A DNA stretch of 32,000 nt. Origin: Candidatus Thorarchaeota archaeon. Lineage in GTDB: Archaea; Asgardarchaeota; Thorarchaeia; Thorarchaeales; Thorarchaeaceae. Made by a program: the position numbers and the translations under genes. The notes under the pieces are model-generated. The model made no database searches. It saw only the letters and a program-made list of their open reading frames with translations, and was not told where the DNA came from. Location of the stretch: assembly GCA_003345555.1 (NCBI GenBank), contig PRDJ01000050.1:14302-46301 (forward strand), given 5' to 3'. Position 1 is the first letter of the stretch. Each line of letters starts with the position of its first letter. Below, piece by piece: positions 1 through 9,185 of this stretch.

Positions 1-245
1 TTGGATATCTTCTTGAGCCCATGCTGTCCGGGTTCAAAGCGACATTCTAGCAGACCCGCCTCAAGCAGTATCTTGATCTGAGCGCTGGCATTTGCCTCAG
101 TACCACCGAGGTGCCTTGCCACTCTAGTAACATCCTTCTCTCCATCGAACAGAAGCCTCAGTATCTCTATGCGCGTCTTCGATGAAAGAGCCCGGCCGAC
201 ACGCAGTACTGCATCTTCGTCATTGACTTGCAGTGTTTCTGACAG
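1..245 (-). CDS. ArsR/SmtB-family winged-helix transcriptional regulator (partial, runs off the left edge)
   Basis: Manual translation of the minus strand, absent from the ORF track: LSETLQVNDEDAVLRVGRALSSKTRIEILRLLFDGEKDVTRVARHLGGTEANASAQIKILLEAGLLECRFEPGQHGLKKIS. This is the typical ArsR pattern ALSSxTRxxILxLL...SxQIxxLxEAGL. The start is uncertain: a CTG lies 6 nt after GAGGTG and an in-frame TGA lies just upstream. Confidence 0.8.
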   Translation of the reverse strand, partial: MSETLQVNDEDAVLRVGRALSSKTRIEILRLLFDGEKDVTRVARHLGGTEANASAQIKILLEAGLLECRFEPGQHGLKKIS

Positions 246-389
246 TTGTCACACCTCGCATGAGTTGCGCTGTCGCTCAAGTATGGCTTTATTATACTTG
301 TTGTTTGTTAACAGCTTGCATGGTGCGAAGGCAGACCCATCTGAATGCTTATAGCCTAAGCCGACTTTTCTTGTCTGAGTACTGAGCCA

Positions 390-2408
390 ATGGGTGATGA
401 CAATGTATTCATTGTTGGCTTTGATATTCTCCCTTCTCAGAGCCCGCGATCAACCACGAGCCCTAGGTATTCTTGTGTGATAGTACGCAATGGAATGGTT
501 CTCAACGAGTATCCTGAGATATCTCGAAGGGACCTCCTTGACTTGGTTCGAGAGATACGTCCCAAGTATCTCGTGACAGACAACATTCTCGAGATTGTTC
601 CGGACAGCAAATCAATGTTTAGTCTTGTTAGCAGGATACCGACCGAGACAAAGCTGGTTCAGGTGACGGGTGTACCACCGAACCAAGTCCCTCTCAAGAT
701 TCTTGCCCGGCGTTACAAGCTTCAATCCGGAGCTCATTTGACGCCGCTTGCTGCTGCGAAAACCGCGGCACAGCTCGTGCATCTCGGTGTTGGCTATCGC
801 CTTGAGTGTTTTGGTGAACAGACCGAGGTTCGAGTGACACGAGGAAGGAAGACTGGTAGTGGAGGGCAGAGCGCGAACCGATACCGCCGCAGATTACACT
901 CGGAGATTCAGCAGGTTACTCGCTTCATAGAGTCTCAGCTCAAGGCGGCGGGAATTGAATATGATTCTGATATTAGGGACTCGGACTTTGGGTATGAGAG
1001 TTCGCGTCTTGTTGCCTATGCTCCGTTACCTGCAATAAAAGGCCTAGTCGAATCGAGGCGCGGCAGTGATTTCAACGTATTCGTCTCTCCTGTCAGAAAA
1101 CGGGTCGAGTTTGTCCCACTTGAGCCACAAGGCATTCCTGCTGAGCTTACGCCACAGTATTTCATATTGGGAATCGACCCCGGCACAACGGCAGCACTGT
1201 GTCTGGTCTCTCTCGATGGACGAGTAAGTTTCCTTGCGAGCAGGAAGGGGCTTACGAGAGCAGACATCATCAGACTTGTCTATCAACATGGCGTTCCAGT
1301 CATGGTTGCAACCGACGTTACTCCAGTACCTCATCTCGTGAAGAAGATAGCAGGCACTGTCAATGTGGCGATATTCACTCCCGAAAGACCGATACCCGTG
1401 GCCGAAAAACAGGAGATGGCGAGAGAGTTCTCTCAAGAGACACAGATCAAGAACGCCCACGAACGGGATGCATTGACTGCAGCTATCTATGCTTACAGGA
1501 GTGTTCTGCCGAGGCTCGAACAGATAGACCAGAAGGCGCACGATGAGCAACTTATGGTGGACAGAAACCATCTGAAGGCCCTTGTGATAAGAGGAATGAC
1601 CATCAACGAAGCGTTGGCAAGTCTCGTTCAAGAAGGTCCGGAAGTTGTCGAGTTGGCAGCCGAACAGCCCGTCCGTGAGGCGGTCCTAACACAGGCCCGT
1701 TTCGACGCCCTTGTGGACAAGAGCGAGACTCTGGAGGCCGAGAACCGCACACTAACGGAACAGAACGCTGATCTCAGGCGACTTGTGGAGTATCTCAAGT
1801 TCAGAGAAAGCGAGCTACAGCACAGTCTTGAGATTATCAGTCGTGACAACTACTGGCGAGTGAAGCGTGACCGTGAGATTGCTAAGAAGGAGTCAGAGCT
1901 AAGCCATGCATCGACCGAGACCGACAGACTCCGAGGACAGGTGGCAGATCTGACTAGGCGTATCGAGCTTTTCAAAGGCGTACGACGTTTGGAGATGCAT
2001 GGCGACACAATCGCAGTGAAGACCATCCCTCATTTCACTCGCGAAGGGATAGAGGCTTACATGAGAAAAGTGGGTCTCAAGGACGGAGACATCGTGCTTT
2101 TTGAAGATGCCAGCGGAGGAGGTCCCCATACTGCAGCCATGTTAATCGAGCGCGAAATCAAGGCCGTTATTGTGGATACGCCGCTTTCGCATCTCTCTGA
2201 GGAGGAGCTAGTGAAGGCGCAAATCCCCGTAATTCAGGCCAAAGATGTTGAACTCCAAAGAATCGAGGAATTCGCATTCATAAGCAGAAGGAAATTCGAA
2301 AGACTGTTCCAAGTGTTCACCAAGGAAGTGCATGAGAAGGCACGAAAGAAGAGCGAGGACGACTTGGTCGAAGCTGTGGAACGTTACAAGAGGCAAATTG
2401 AGAGGTAG
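390..2408 (+). CDS. DUF460-family protein (COG2433-like; RuvC/YqgF RNase H-fold domain plus long coiled coil)
   Basis: ILGIDPGTTAALCLVSLDG RNase H-fold strand motif, NAHERDALTAA, and a heptad-rich coiled coil. The N-terminal IVGFDI...LVTDN region is as in archaeal DUF460 proteins. Confidence 0.8.
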   Translation: MGDDNVFIVGFDILPSQSPRSTTSPRYSCVIVRNGMVLNEYPEISRRDLLDLVREIRPKYLVTDNILEIVPDSKSMFSLVSRIPTETKLVQVTGVPPNQVPLKILARRYKLQSGAHLTPLAAAKTAAQLVHLGVGYRLECFGEQTEVRVTRGRKTGSGGQSANRYRRRLHSEIQQVTRFIESQLKAAGIEYDSDIRDSDFGYESSRLVAYAPLPAIKGLVESRRGSDFNVFVSPVRKRVEFVPLEPQGIPAELTPQYFILGIDPGTTAALCLVSLDGRVSFLASRKGLTRADIIRLVYQHGVPVMVATDVTPVPHLVKKIAGTVNVAIFTPERPIPVAEKQEMAREFSQETQIKNAHERDALTAAIYAYRSVLPRLEQIDQKAHDEQLMVDRNHLKALVIRGMTINEALASLVQEGPEVVELAAEQPVREAVLTQARFDALVDKSETLEAENRTLTEQNADLRRLVEYLKFRESELQHSLEIISRDNYWRVKRDREIAKKESELSHASTETDRLRGQVADLTRRIELFKGVRRLEMHGDTIAVKTIPHFTREGIEAYMRKVGLKDGDIVLFEDASGGGPHTAAMLIEREIKAVIVDTPLSHLSEEELVKAQIPVIQAKDVELQRIEEFAFISRRKFERLFQVFTKEVHEKARKKSEDDLVEAVERYKRQIER

Positions 2409-2443
2409 TTCTGCTTTTCACGAAATATAAACCATTATCGACG

Positions 2444-2460
2444 GGATTTAGTCTAAATCC
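2444..2460. terminator. Perfect inverted repeat between convergent genes (possible terminator hairpin or protein-binding site)
   Basis: GGATTTAG-T-CTAAATCC lies in the 62-bp gap between the convergent DUF460 and Sm genes. Confidence 0.35.
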
Positions 2461-2470
2461 GTTGTCTGTA

Positions 2471-2701
2471 TCATTCCGGTATCCGAATCCACAGGATGTT
2501 GTTTCCCCTGATCAGTACTGAACCATACTTGGCTCTCACTTGGTCATTCTCCAGTTCCTCCGCGTCCGCAAGAGTGAGGTTCATGTATATATCGCATCTC
2601 GTGAGTCGTCCCCGAAAGATCCTATTGTCTTTCAGCTTGATTGATACGACATCGTTGACAACATTCTCAAGAGCCTTAATCGGCATCTTTTCAGTGGACA
2701 A
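2471..2701 (-). CDS. Sm-like (LSm/SmAP) RNA-binding protein
   Basis: Sm1 motif VSIKLKDNRIFRGRLTRCDIYMNLTL and Sm2 motif YGSVLIRGNNI; 76 aa; TTG start. A TATA-like TTTATAA lies on the minus strand about 35 bp upstream. Confidence 0.93.
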   Translation of the reverse strand: MSTEKMPIKALENVVNDVVSIKLKDNRIFRGRLTRCDIYMNLTLADAEELENDQVRAKYGSVLIRGNNILWIRIPE

Positions 2702-2842
2702 AGGGAAACCTCAGACCCGCGACCTTGTGGACGGATTATAAACCCTTTGTTGCAGAGAGCATCTGAGAAGCGCGGTTTCTAGCATTGGTCTATCTCGTCA
2801 CTGTTAAGAGCAGCAAGAAATCAGTACATTGGGAGAATCATA

Positions 2843-3838
2843 ATGCCCTTGATATGTCTCGGCCTCGAGGGGACTGCGCATTCATTCGGAGCTGGCGTTG
2901 TCTCTGGTGAAGGCAGAGTTCTGTCAAACTGTTGGGACATGGTCTCTCCGCAGGAAGGTGGCATTCATCCGCGTGAAGCAAGCCGGCATCACTCGGACAT
3001 GGGTCCTGACATCATAAAGAAGGCATTGACAGAAGCCGGCGTCGCTTTTCGTGATATCCATCTAATCGCTTTTTCACGCGGCCCCGGGCTAGGGCCCTGT
3101 CTCAGGGCAACTGCTACCATGGCACGTTCTCTAGCCTTGAAACTAGGAGTCCCGCTCGTAGGTGTAAATCACTGTGTCGCGCACATCGAGATAGGCTGTC
3201 TTGAGTCTGGGTTTAGAGACCCTGTCACGGTATACGTATCTGGCGGCAACACTCAGGTGATTGCTTTCGCAGGGAACAGGTTCAGAACCTTCGGCGAAAC
3301 CTTGGATATTGCCATCGGCAACATGCTCGATGTCCTAGGACGTATCGTCGGCATGCGTTTCCCAGCTGGTCCCGGAATCGAGAAGGAGGCAGAGAAGGGC
3401 GAGAATTACCACAGCTTGCCCTATTCCGTCAAAGGAATGGATGTCAGCTATTCCGGCATGTTGACTGCGGCACGGAGACTCTACTCGGAAGGAGTGGCGC
3501 TATCGGATTTGTGCTACAGCGTCCAAGAAACAGCCTTTGGCATGCTTGCCGAGGTCACTGAGCGCGCCATTGCACACACGAAGAAGACCGAGATATTGCT
3601 CACTGGCGGGGTAGCTCGTAACAAGCGTCTCGGAGAGATACTCACAGGCGTAGCCAACAGACATGGAGCGGCTTTTCATACTGTTTCTCCCCCGCTGGCA
3701 GGCGATCAAGGTGCTATGATAGCATGGACCGGCATTTTGCAGCATAGTGCAGGCGACAAGCTCGACGTTGCAGACTCACACGTAAGACCGAAATGGCGCA
3801 CCGACGAACAGGACATAACATGGAGGGCGTCTAGCTAG
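2843..3838 (+). CDS. kae1: KEOPS subunit Kae1, tRNA N6-threonylcarbamoyladenosine synthase
   Basis: LGLEGTAH, FSRGPGLGPCL, metal-binding NHCVAHIE, YVSGGNTQ, GETLDIAIGN and GGVARN motifs. Confidence 0.97.
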   Translation: MPLICLGLEGTAHSFGAGVVSGEGRVLSNCWDMVSPQEGGIHPREASRHHSDMGPDIIKKALTEAGVAFRDIHLIAFSRGPGLGPCLRATATMARSLALKLGVPLVGVNHCVAHIEIGCLESGFRDPVTVYVSGGNTQVIAFAGNRFRTFGETLDIAIGNMLDVLGRIVGMRFPAGPGIEKEAEKGENYHSLPYSVKGMDVSYSGMLTAARRLYSEGVALSDLCYSVQETAFGMLAEVTERAIAHTKKTEILLTGGVARNKRLGEILTGVANRHGAAFHTVSPPLAGDQGAMIAWTGILQHSAGDKLDVADSHVRPKWRTDEQDITWRASS

Positions 3839-3840
3839 AA

Positions 3841-4464
3841 ATGGAACCATGGGCGATAGGTGCCGAGTCGACCATCTTCAAGACTGAGCAGTGGGGGCGT
3901 CCTATAATCTTGAAGTGGCGTCCAGAGAAACCCTACCTTCTGAAAGAGATCGACGAACAACTGAGGCGCACTCGAACCAGCAGGGAGTGCAAGATGCTCA
4001 CATATGCCCGCTTGTTGGGTGTCCCCACTCCGGCGGTACACTGGACGAATCTTGCTAGCTGCACAATAGCCATGGATTACATTGAAGGGAGGCAGCTGAA
4101 GTTAATGGCCGGTACGTTATCGCGGTCTTTATTGCACGAACTCTGTTACAGGTTCGGGCAGTCAATCGCGCTAATGCATAGAGGAAATGTGGTGCATGGA
4201 GATCCTACGACAAGCAATGTTCTGATTGATGGCAAGTCTCGACTTTGGATGGTAGACTTCGGGTTGGCAGAATGGAACGCTACACTTGAAATGAAGGGCG
4301 TGGACCTGCACCTTATCCATCGTGCACTGGAGACTACTCATTGGGATCAGCAAGAGGACATGCTTGCGGGAGTGCTTGAAGGATACATGAGTCTCCTTGG
4401 CAGTGATGCCGAACTGGCGTTTTCAAGGATGAAATCTATCCGGGAGCGCGGCAGGTACCATTAG
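3841..4464 (+). CDS. bud32: KEOPS kinase/ATPase Bud32 (PRPK)
   Basis: GAES P-loop, ILKWR, RTRTSRECKML, HGDPTTSN catalytic loop, VDFGL and KGVDL. Lies directly after kae1. Confidence 0.95.
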   Translation: MEPWAIGAESTIFKTEQWGRPIILKWRPEKPYLLKEIDEQLRRTRTSRECKMLTYARLLGVPTPAVHWTNLASCTIAMDYIEGRQLKLMAGTLSRSLLHELCYRFGQSIALMHRGNVVHGDPTTSNVLIDGKSRLWMVDFGLAEWNATLEMKGVDLHLIHRALETTHWDQQEDMLAGVLEGYMSLLGSDAELAFSRMKSIRERGRYH

Positions 4465-4471
4465 CTACACA

Positions 4472-4494
4472 GGTTACCCTTGTCTAGGGTGACC
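4472..4494 (+). terminator. Hairpin downstream of bud32 (possible terminator)
   Basis: GGTTACCCT-tgtct-AGGGTGACC forms a 9-bp stem with one G-U pair, starting 7 nt after the stop codon. Confidence 0.35.
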
Positions 4495-4601
4495 AAGCCA
4501 CACTGACCCTCCAGTCACACGGCAATCTTTATATCCGGAGCCAAGGGGCGATGGTGAGGAGCGGGTTTTTACAAAGCTCTGTCGACCAAGAGGTCGTATC
4601 C

Positions 4602-5057
4602 ATGGCGAGGATGCACACTAGACGCAAAGGCCAGTCTGGAAGCAAGAGACCATCGACTCTTCAAACACCCCAATGGTTGAACAAGGATGCTTCGTGGGTT
4701 GAGAAGACCGTAGTTGAGATGGCCAAGGGCGGCAACAGCCCATCAATGATTGGCATGATTCTGCGTGATCAGTATGGCGTCCCGCTTGTGAGAGTGGTCA
4801 CAGGGAAAAGAGTATCCGAGATTTTGAAGGAAAACAACCTTCAGAGACGGATACCTGAAGACCTGCGCAACATGATTGCGAAAGCCACCGAAATTCGCAG
4901 GCACCTCGAGGAACACAAGAAGGATCTTGTTTCAAGAAGAGGCCTTCAGCTTGTCGAAAGCAAGATACATAGGCTCTCGAGATACTACAGGAGAACAAGA
5001 GTTCTTCCGTCAGACTGGAAGTACTCTCCTGAACAGGCCGCGGTTTTGTTGAGATAG
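4602..5057 (+). CDS. rps15: 30S ribosomal protein uS15 (S15/S13e)
   Basis: MARMHTRRKGQSGSKRP, PSMIGMILRDQYGVP, IPEDL and LVESKIHRLSRYYR motifs. Start moved from 4551 to the ATG at 4602. Confidence 0.97.
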   Translation: MARMHTRRKGQSGSKRPSTLQTPQWLNKDASWVEKTVVEMAKGGNSPSMIGMILRDQYGVPLVRVVTGKRVSEILKENNLQRRIPEDLRNMIAKATEIRRHLEEHKKDLVSRRGLQLVESKIHRLSRYYRRTRVLPSDWKYSPEQAAVLLR

Positions 5058-5091
5058 TCTTATCAGAATCCTCAGTGTCATTCAGCTCGAG

Positions 5092-6432
5092 ATGAGTGCG
5101 AGGGACTTCAGTACTCGGGAGCTCGATGCCCTAGGAGTCAAATACAGGAACGTATCTCTGGACAAAGGTGCACGGGTACTGATTGTGAGTTCGCCTGCTC
5201 CCGAGGCGGTACTGGCAAGCACACTCTTGTGCCGGTCAATCATGAAAACTGGCGGGGTCTTCCATATCACATTTGTTGAACCTGTGATAGATGCCCGAAC
5301 TCTCGAACGGCTCCTGGACGCAAACCCGAAGCATACCATCATAGTTATTGGAGCTGACGTGACTGATGATGTCTCTCCTAATCCTGAGCTCCCACCGCCG
5401 ATTGTAATAGGCGGCAGGATTCGCGCTGGCGCTATTTCTGAACACTCTTTCAACATAAGAGAACGGGTTCCTGTCGGCGCTTATGTCATTGCCCGAGAAA
5501 AGCTGGAACTCGGGCTTGAGGAGCTATATCTGGCGGCTGCCGGACTACTTGTGCAGGATCAATCATTAGCTGAATCAGACCGTGTGTTGAAAGAGATAGT
5601 ACTGCTTGCGCAGGAAAGGAATACTCTACGAGAACGAAGAGGCTTCAGGGCTTTCGGAACGAACTTCCTCCCTCTAATCGAGACTCTCTCAAGCAGTATC
5701 AGCCCTTATCTGCGAGGCATAAGCGGAGCCCTCGATTCCTGCGAACGCATTCTGAGTGAGGCTGACATACCCCCATCAAGGCGCAACATGCCGATTGAAG
5801 CTTTAGCAAGTGAAGAAAAACGGCGGCTCACCGAGAAGCTGACGTTGAAACTGGATGTCTCTGCAATACGACGACTGCTGGGCTTGGACTTTGAAAACTG
5901 CCTTGAACCCGAAAGCAGTCCCCTGCGATTCCTTTCTGCAGTCAAGTCCATGTCAGAAGTGGCATGGAGCCGGCACGAAACGGGCTTGGCTATGGCCGTC
6001 TGGATGGGCGATCGCGCCAGAATGCTTCGAATGCTTCTTGATTCCTATAGGCTTCACTGTAGACAGACTATATCAGGAGTGGAGCGGTTCATGTCGATTC
6101 GGAGTAAGAATGAGGTGAATACCCAATCGGATTCGGTAGCTGTAGCTCCTATGTCTACAGTGCCGTGTGAGGTCCTTTCTGACGTGGGTCGAATCATATT
6201 CGAGATCTCGTACGTTGATCCAGAGCGGTTTCTTGTCTTGGAGACGGAAGACTGTGCCTGTGTTGTATGGGCTTCTGATGACATGAGCCTGTCCGATGTC
6301 CTGCAGTCTTTCATGACGGCCGGATTATCATCATCTTCTGCTTCTCCGAAATCAGTATTGGTTCAGCTTCCAAAGGAGAAACGACAGAATCTCGTTAATG
6401 CGATAGGTAGTCTCGCAGGAGAGATGAGATAA
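5092..6432 (+). CDS. Cdc45/RecJ-like GINS-associated nuclease (GAN) homologue with degenerate DHH catalytic motifs
   Basis: Occupies the conserved rps15-GAN-pcc1 position. The GAN-type central insertion FRAFG...LPL...LSSSISPYLRGISG...IEALASEEKRRL and GLAMAVWMGDR are recognisable. No HxDADG or DHH motif is present. Confidence 0.8.
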   Translation: MSARDFSTRELDALGVKYRNVSLDKGARVLIVSSPAPEAVLASTLLCRSIMKTGGVFHITFVEPVIDARTLERLLDANPKHTIIVIGADVTDDVSPNPELPPPIVIGGRIRAGAISEHSFNIRERVPVGAYVIAREKLELGLEELYLAAAGLLVQDQSLAESDRVLKEIVLLAQERNTLRERRGFRAFGTNFLPLIETLSSSISPYLRGISGALDSCERILSEADIPPSRRNMPIEALASEEKRRLTEKLTLKLDVSAIRRLLGLDFENCLEPESSPLRFLSAVKSMSEVAWSRHETGLAMAVWMGDRARMLRMLLDSYRLHCRQTISGVERFMSIRSKNEVNTQSDSVAVAPMSTVPCEVLSDVGRIIFEISYVDPERFLVLETEDCACVVWASDDMSLSDVLQSFMTAGLSSSSASPKSVLVQLPKEKRQNLVNAIGSLAGEMR

Positions 6433-6674
6433 TGATAGTTGTTACTATCGAGCTGGAGCTTCAGCCAATCGCAGATGCCCAACGGGTATTGGCTTCCGTG
6501 CTTCCAGATAACGTACCACTGCCTACCGGTCTCAGAATCGAGTCGGAGACACTCAACGGAAAGCTTGTCTTCAGGATTGAGTGTAATCGAGCGTTGGATT
6601 CACTTAGAGCGACAATAGAGGATCTATTGAGTGCAGTCGACTTATCACTCAGGACTCTCAAGTCTACGGAATAG
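6432..6674 (+). CDS. pcc1: KEOPS subunit Pcc1
   Basis: 80 aa with pattern ASVLPDN...LVFRIEC..LDSLRATIEDLLSAV. TAATG overlap with the GAN stop codon; canonical position. Confidence 0.85.
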   Translation: MIVVTIELELQPIADAQRVLASVLPDNVPLPTGLRIESETLNGKLVFRIECNRALDSLRATIEDLLSAVDLSLRTLKSTE

Positions 6675-6681
6675 TCGAACG

Positions 6682-8178
6682 TCAATCAATGGACGAAGTC
6701 TCAGGTAAGTCCTCGTCGGGCGTCTTCCAGTCCGCCCCCTCGCCAGCCAGACTGAAGTACGCTGCTTTGGCCTTCAATCGTGCGACGTCCGCCAATTCCT
6801 TTGTTATGAATCCTCTTTGGACAGCACGCTTAAGCAGATGCTGATCGATTATCCTCGTCTCTCCTTGGGTTGGGCTTACCACATCGATTTCCAAGTCTAT
6901 ATATCTAATTCGACTAGGACTGTTTCCGGAACCAGGGTAGATTTCTACTCCTGTGTTCACATTCACATAAGTGCCTCTGGGATGTTCATCATGGGAGAAG
7001 TATTCGGTTACGAGCGTTGTTGAGCCAGGTATAGCATGAGTAATTGCGAAGTCTCCTTCGTACTCTTCCATTTCTACGTCTTCTGTGAAGTCGGGGGCAA
7101 GCTTCAGCTTCCTGCCTGTGTACCTGAACTGTCTTCTGATAAGAAGTTCTTGGGCCGTGATAGCAATGACTCTGCCTTTGGACAATACTATGTTCCTACC
7201 GTCAAGCTTGACATGCTCTATGTTAATGGGATCGTCAACCTTCGGCATGTCCTTGTTGATTATCTTCTCAAGCTTCGACATAATGTACGCTCTTTCGTTC
7301 GGGCGCTCTTCGATGATTGTTTCTGCGAGCTCTACGATGGCCGCATAGCCCGCGCTCTTGTAGAAGTGATGCAGCTTTATCGTAGGCGTAATCTTTGCCC
7401 GGGTAACGTCCAGTGCTTCTTTCACTTCAGAAGGGAACTCAATGTCTGCATTGCTTGTTCCTTCAAACAGAAGGTCGGGTGTACTAGTCTTGTCGAACTT
7501 GGATTGAACTTGCTGGGCTGTATCAAGCAGGTCGTCTATCTCGTTGCGTAACTCATCCTCTGCAAGTCTCTCAGCTGATGTTCTCCAAAGAATGCCCCAG
7601 TTCTCCGAGCTCTGCCTGATTCTTTCGCCTAGACCAAGTAAATGATTGCGCATTTCCTTATCCTTGATCTTTGCGCTCAATCGGACCACCGGTTCTGGCA
7701 GTAACACCGCAGCTTTACCGGGAATGGTTATGCTGGACGAGAGCACAGGAGACTTTCTTCCATAGTCATGGGCTCTCACTTGGACCATTATGTACGTCCC
7801 CTGTTTGAGGCCCTTCTCGGGCAGTAGACCAGCTATCCCTCCCAAGTCCACTTTGGTCTGCCCGGTCTTCTCATCTGTTCCAAGGACAGTGCCCTTGTAT
7901 ATCGAGCCCTTTGCCACACGCGGCGTACGTGTTATTACATTGCCGAGTCGTCTGCGAAAAACATCCGTCAGGCGGCTCAAGACCGATTCATAGGCAATGG
8001 CAACGACGCCCTGCAAATCACTGCGGTCCCACATATCCACGTCTGGAATCTCGTCACGAAAAGGCAGGCCGAACCTTCGTGCAACCTCAGGACTGGGCTG
8101 CACCACATCAAAGTGGTTCTGTAGCATTATCTGTGTCAGTGATTGCGAATAGATTCCTCTTATCCTCACCTTGCTCAT
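6682..8178 (-). CDS. fau-1: FAU-1 (AU-binding, RNase E/G-related probable ribonuclease; S1 and DUF402 domains)
   Basis: N-terminal VRIRGIYSQSLT, S1 region GKAAVLLP, and C-terminal GTYVNVNTGVEIYP...RYIDLEIDVV (DUF402). Start set at the ATG of MSKVRI. Confidence 0.9.
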   Translation of the reverse strand: MSKVRIRGIYSQSLTQIMLQNHFDVVQPSPEVARRFGLPFRDEIPDVDMWDRSDLQGVVAIAYESVLSRLTDVFRRRLGNVITRTPRVAKGSIYKGTVLGTDEKTGQTKVDLGGIAGLLPEKGLKQGTYIMVQVRAHDYGRKSPVLSSSITIPGKAAVLLPEPVVRLSAKIKDKEMRNHLLGLGERIRQSSENWGILWRTSAERLAEDELRNEIDDLLDTAQQVQSKFDKTSTPDLLFEGTSNADIEFPSEVKEALDVTRAKITPTIKLHHFYKSAGYAAIVELAETIIEERPNERAYIMSKLEKIINKDMPKVDDPINIEHVKLDGRNIVLSKGRVIAITAQELLIRRQFRYTGRKLKLAPDFTEDVEMEEYEGDFAITHAIPGSTTLVTEYFSHDEHPRGTYVNVNTGVEIYPGSGNSPSRIRYIDLEIDVVSPTQGETRIIDQHLLKRAVQRGFITKELADVARLKAKAAYFSLAGEGADWKTPDEDLPETSSID

Positions 8179-8255
8179 AGGCAACACTGGCCCGGACCTT
8201 AGGCGTCAGAACCCCATTCGTGAGGACCGCGTATCCGCCGTCTATTCCATGAAAG

Positions 8256-8519
8256 CTAGTCACGTATCGGCTCCAGGAGACTAGAAACATGCCAGATTTT
8301 CGTTCGTGCATGGTTAGGGCAATTCGGATCTTGACTTGGCTCATCAAGAATTGCGATTGCGTTCTGCGCCCTTACTGCCGGCGAATCTGAGCCGCGGTCA
8401 AGGACTGCGATAGCCTCATTGGCTGCACGACGAATGTTTCGGGGGACCGATGAATCTTCAGATATCTGTCTAAGCAAATACTTCGACTGGTCTATGCTCC
8501 TCTGTATCTCTGGCTCCAA
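8256..8519 (-). CDS. UPF0147-family protein
   Basis: Signature DSSVPRNIRRAA...PAVRA..AI.ILDE.SQDPN.P.HART.IW. TTG start follows GAGGTGA. Confidence 0.9.
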   Translation of the reverse strand: MEPEIQRSIDQSKYLLRQISEDSSVPRNIRRAANEAIAVLDRGSDSPAVRAQNAIAILDEPSQDPNCPNHARTKIWHVSSLLEPIRD

Positions 8520-8730
8520 TTGGCTCACCTCTGAATAGTCTTGCCGCACGAATGGAGTGCGTTAACAACCAGAGCATCAGACTTGGCGTGACCATATCAA
8601 CATTGCGACATGGTTGATGGTTTCGAATGACCTGGGATTTTGTCTTGACGGACGTAGACCGGTCACACTCTTCGTCCGACACCGGTATCACTTATTACAT
8701 CGTTTCTCATCTTGCTGGGCTCGGATAGGA

Positions 8731-9117
8731 ATGGCCGACAAGACTGATGCATCAATCAAGAAGATGGCCGACCTGCTACGTCGAGGCGCTACGATGCTGG
8801 CGCAGGCCTGTCCGCAGTGCGGGTCTCCTCTGTTCAAGGTAGGGAATGATACCTATTGCGTCGCATGTGATCGTCGCATAGTGGTCGTGCGCTCAGGCCA
8901 GGAATTGGAGACTCCGGCATCCAACACAGTGGTATCACAGCTGAGGGAGACTTTGATTCGGAAACTGAAAGATGTGAACGAGCTGGTTGCAGGCGAGAAT
9001 GACGTCGAAGCGCTCACAAAGCTGGCGCGACTGATGGTCTTGCTACTTCAAGCATTGCACAGACTTGAGAGTATGAGTCGTATCGTGGATGCCAAGAACA
9101 CGGCAAGAGGGCCTTGA
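8731..9117 (+). CDS. UPF0148 / Sjogren's syndrome-scleroderma autoantigen 1 family zinc-ribbon protein
   Basis: IKKMADLLRRGATMLAQACPQCGSPLF...YCVAC. Start moved to the ATG at 8731. Confidence 0.9.
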   Translation: MADKTDASIKKMADLLRRGATMLAQACPQCGSPLFKVGNDTYCVACDRRIVVVRSGQELETPASNTVVSQLRETLIRKLKDVNELVAGENDVEALTKLARLMVLLLQALHRLESMSRIVDAKNTARGP

Positions 9118-9185
9118 CAATGGCCCTACGTCAGGGACGATCTACTTCTGATTGAACTAGAACGCCCGGTTGCGTCCCTGCGGAC

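Noticed and set aside
169-354. 61-aa plus-strand ORF
   Set aside because: Overlaps the clearly recognisable minus-strand ArsR gene and the divergent promoter region; no motif.
3700-3730. Kae1 GDQGAMI instead of the usual DNGAMI
   Set aside because: A single conservative substitution with the metal-binding Asp retained; not meaningful without alignment.
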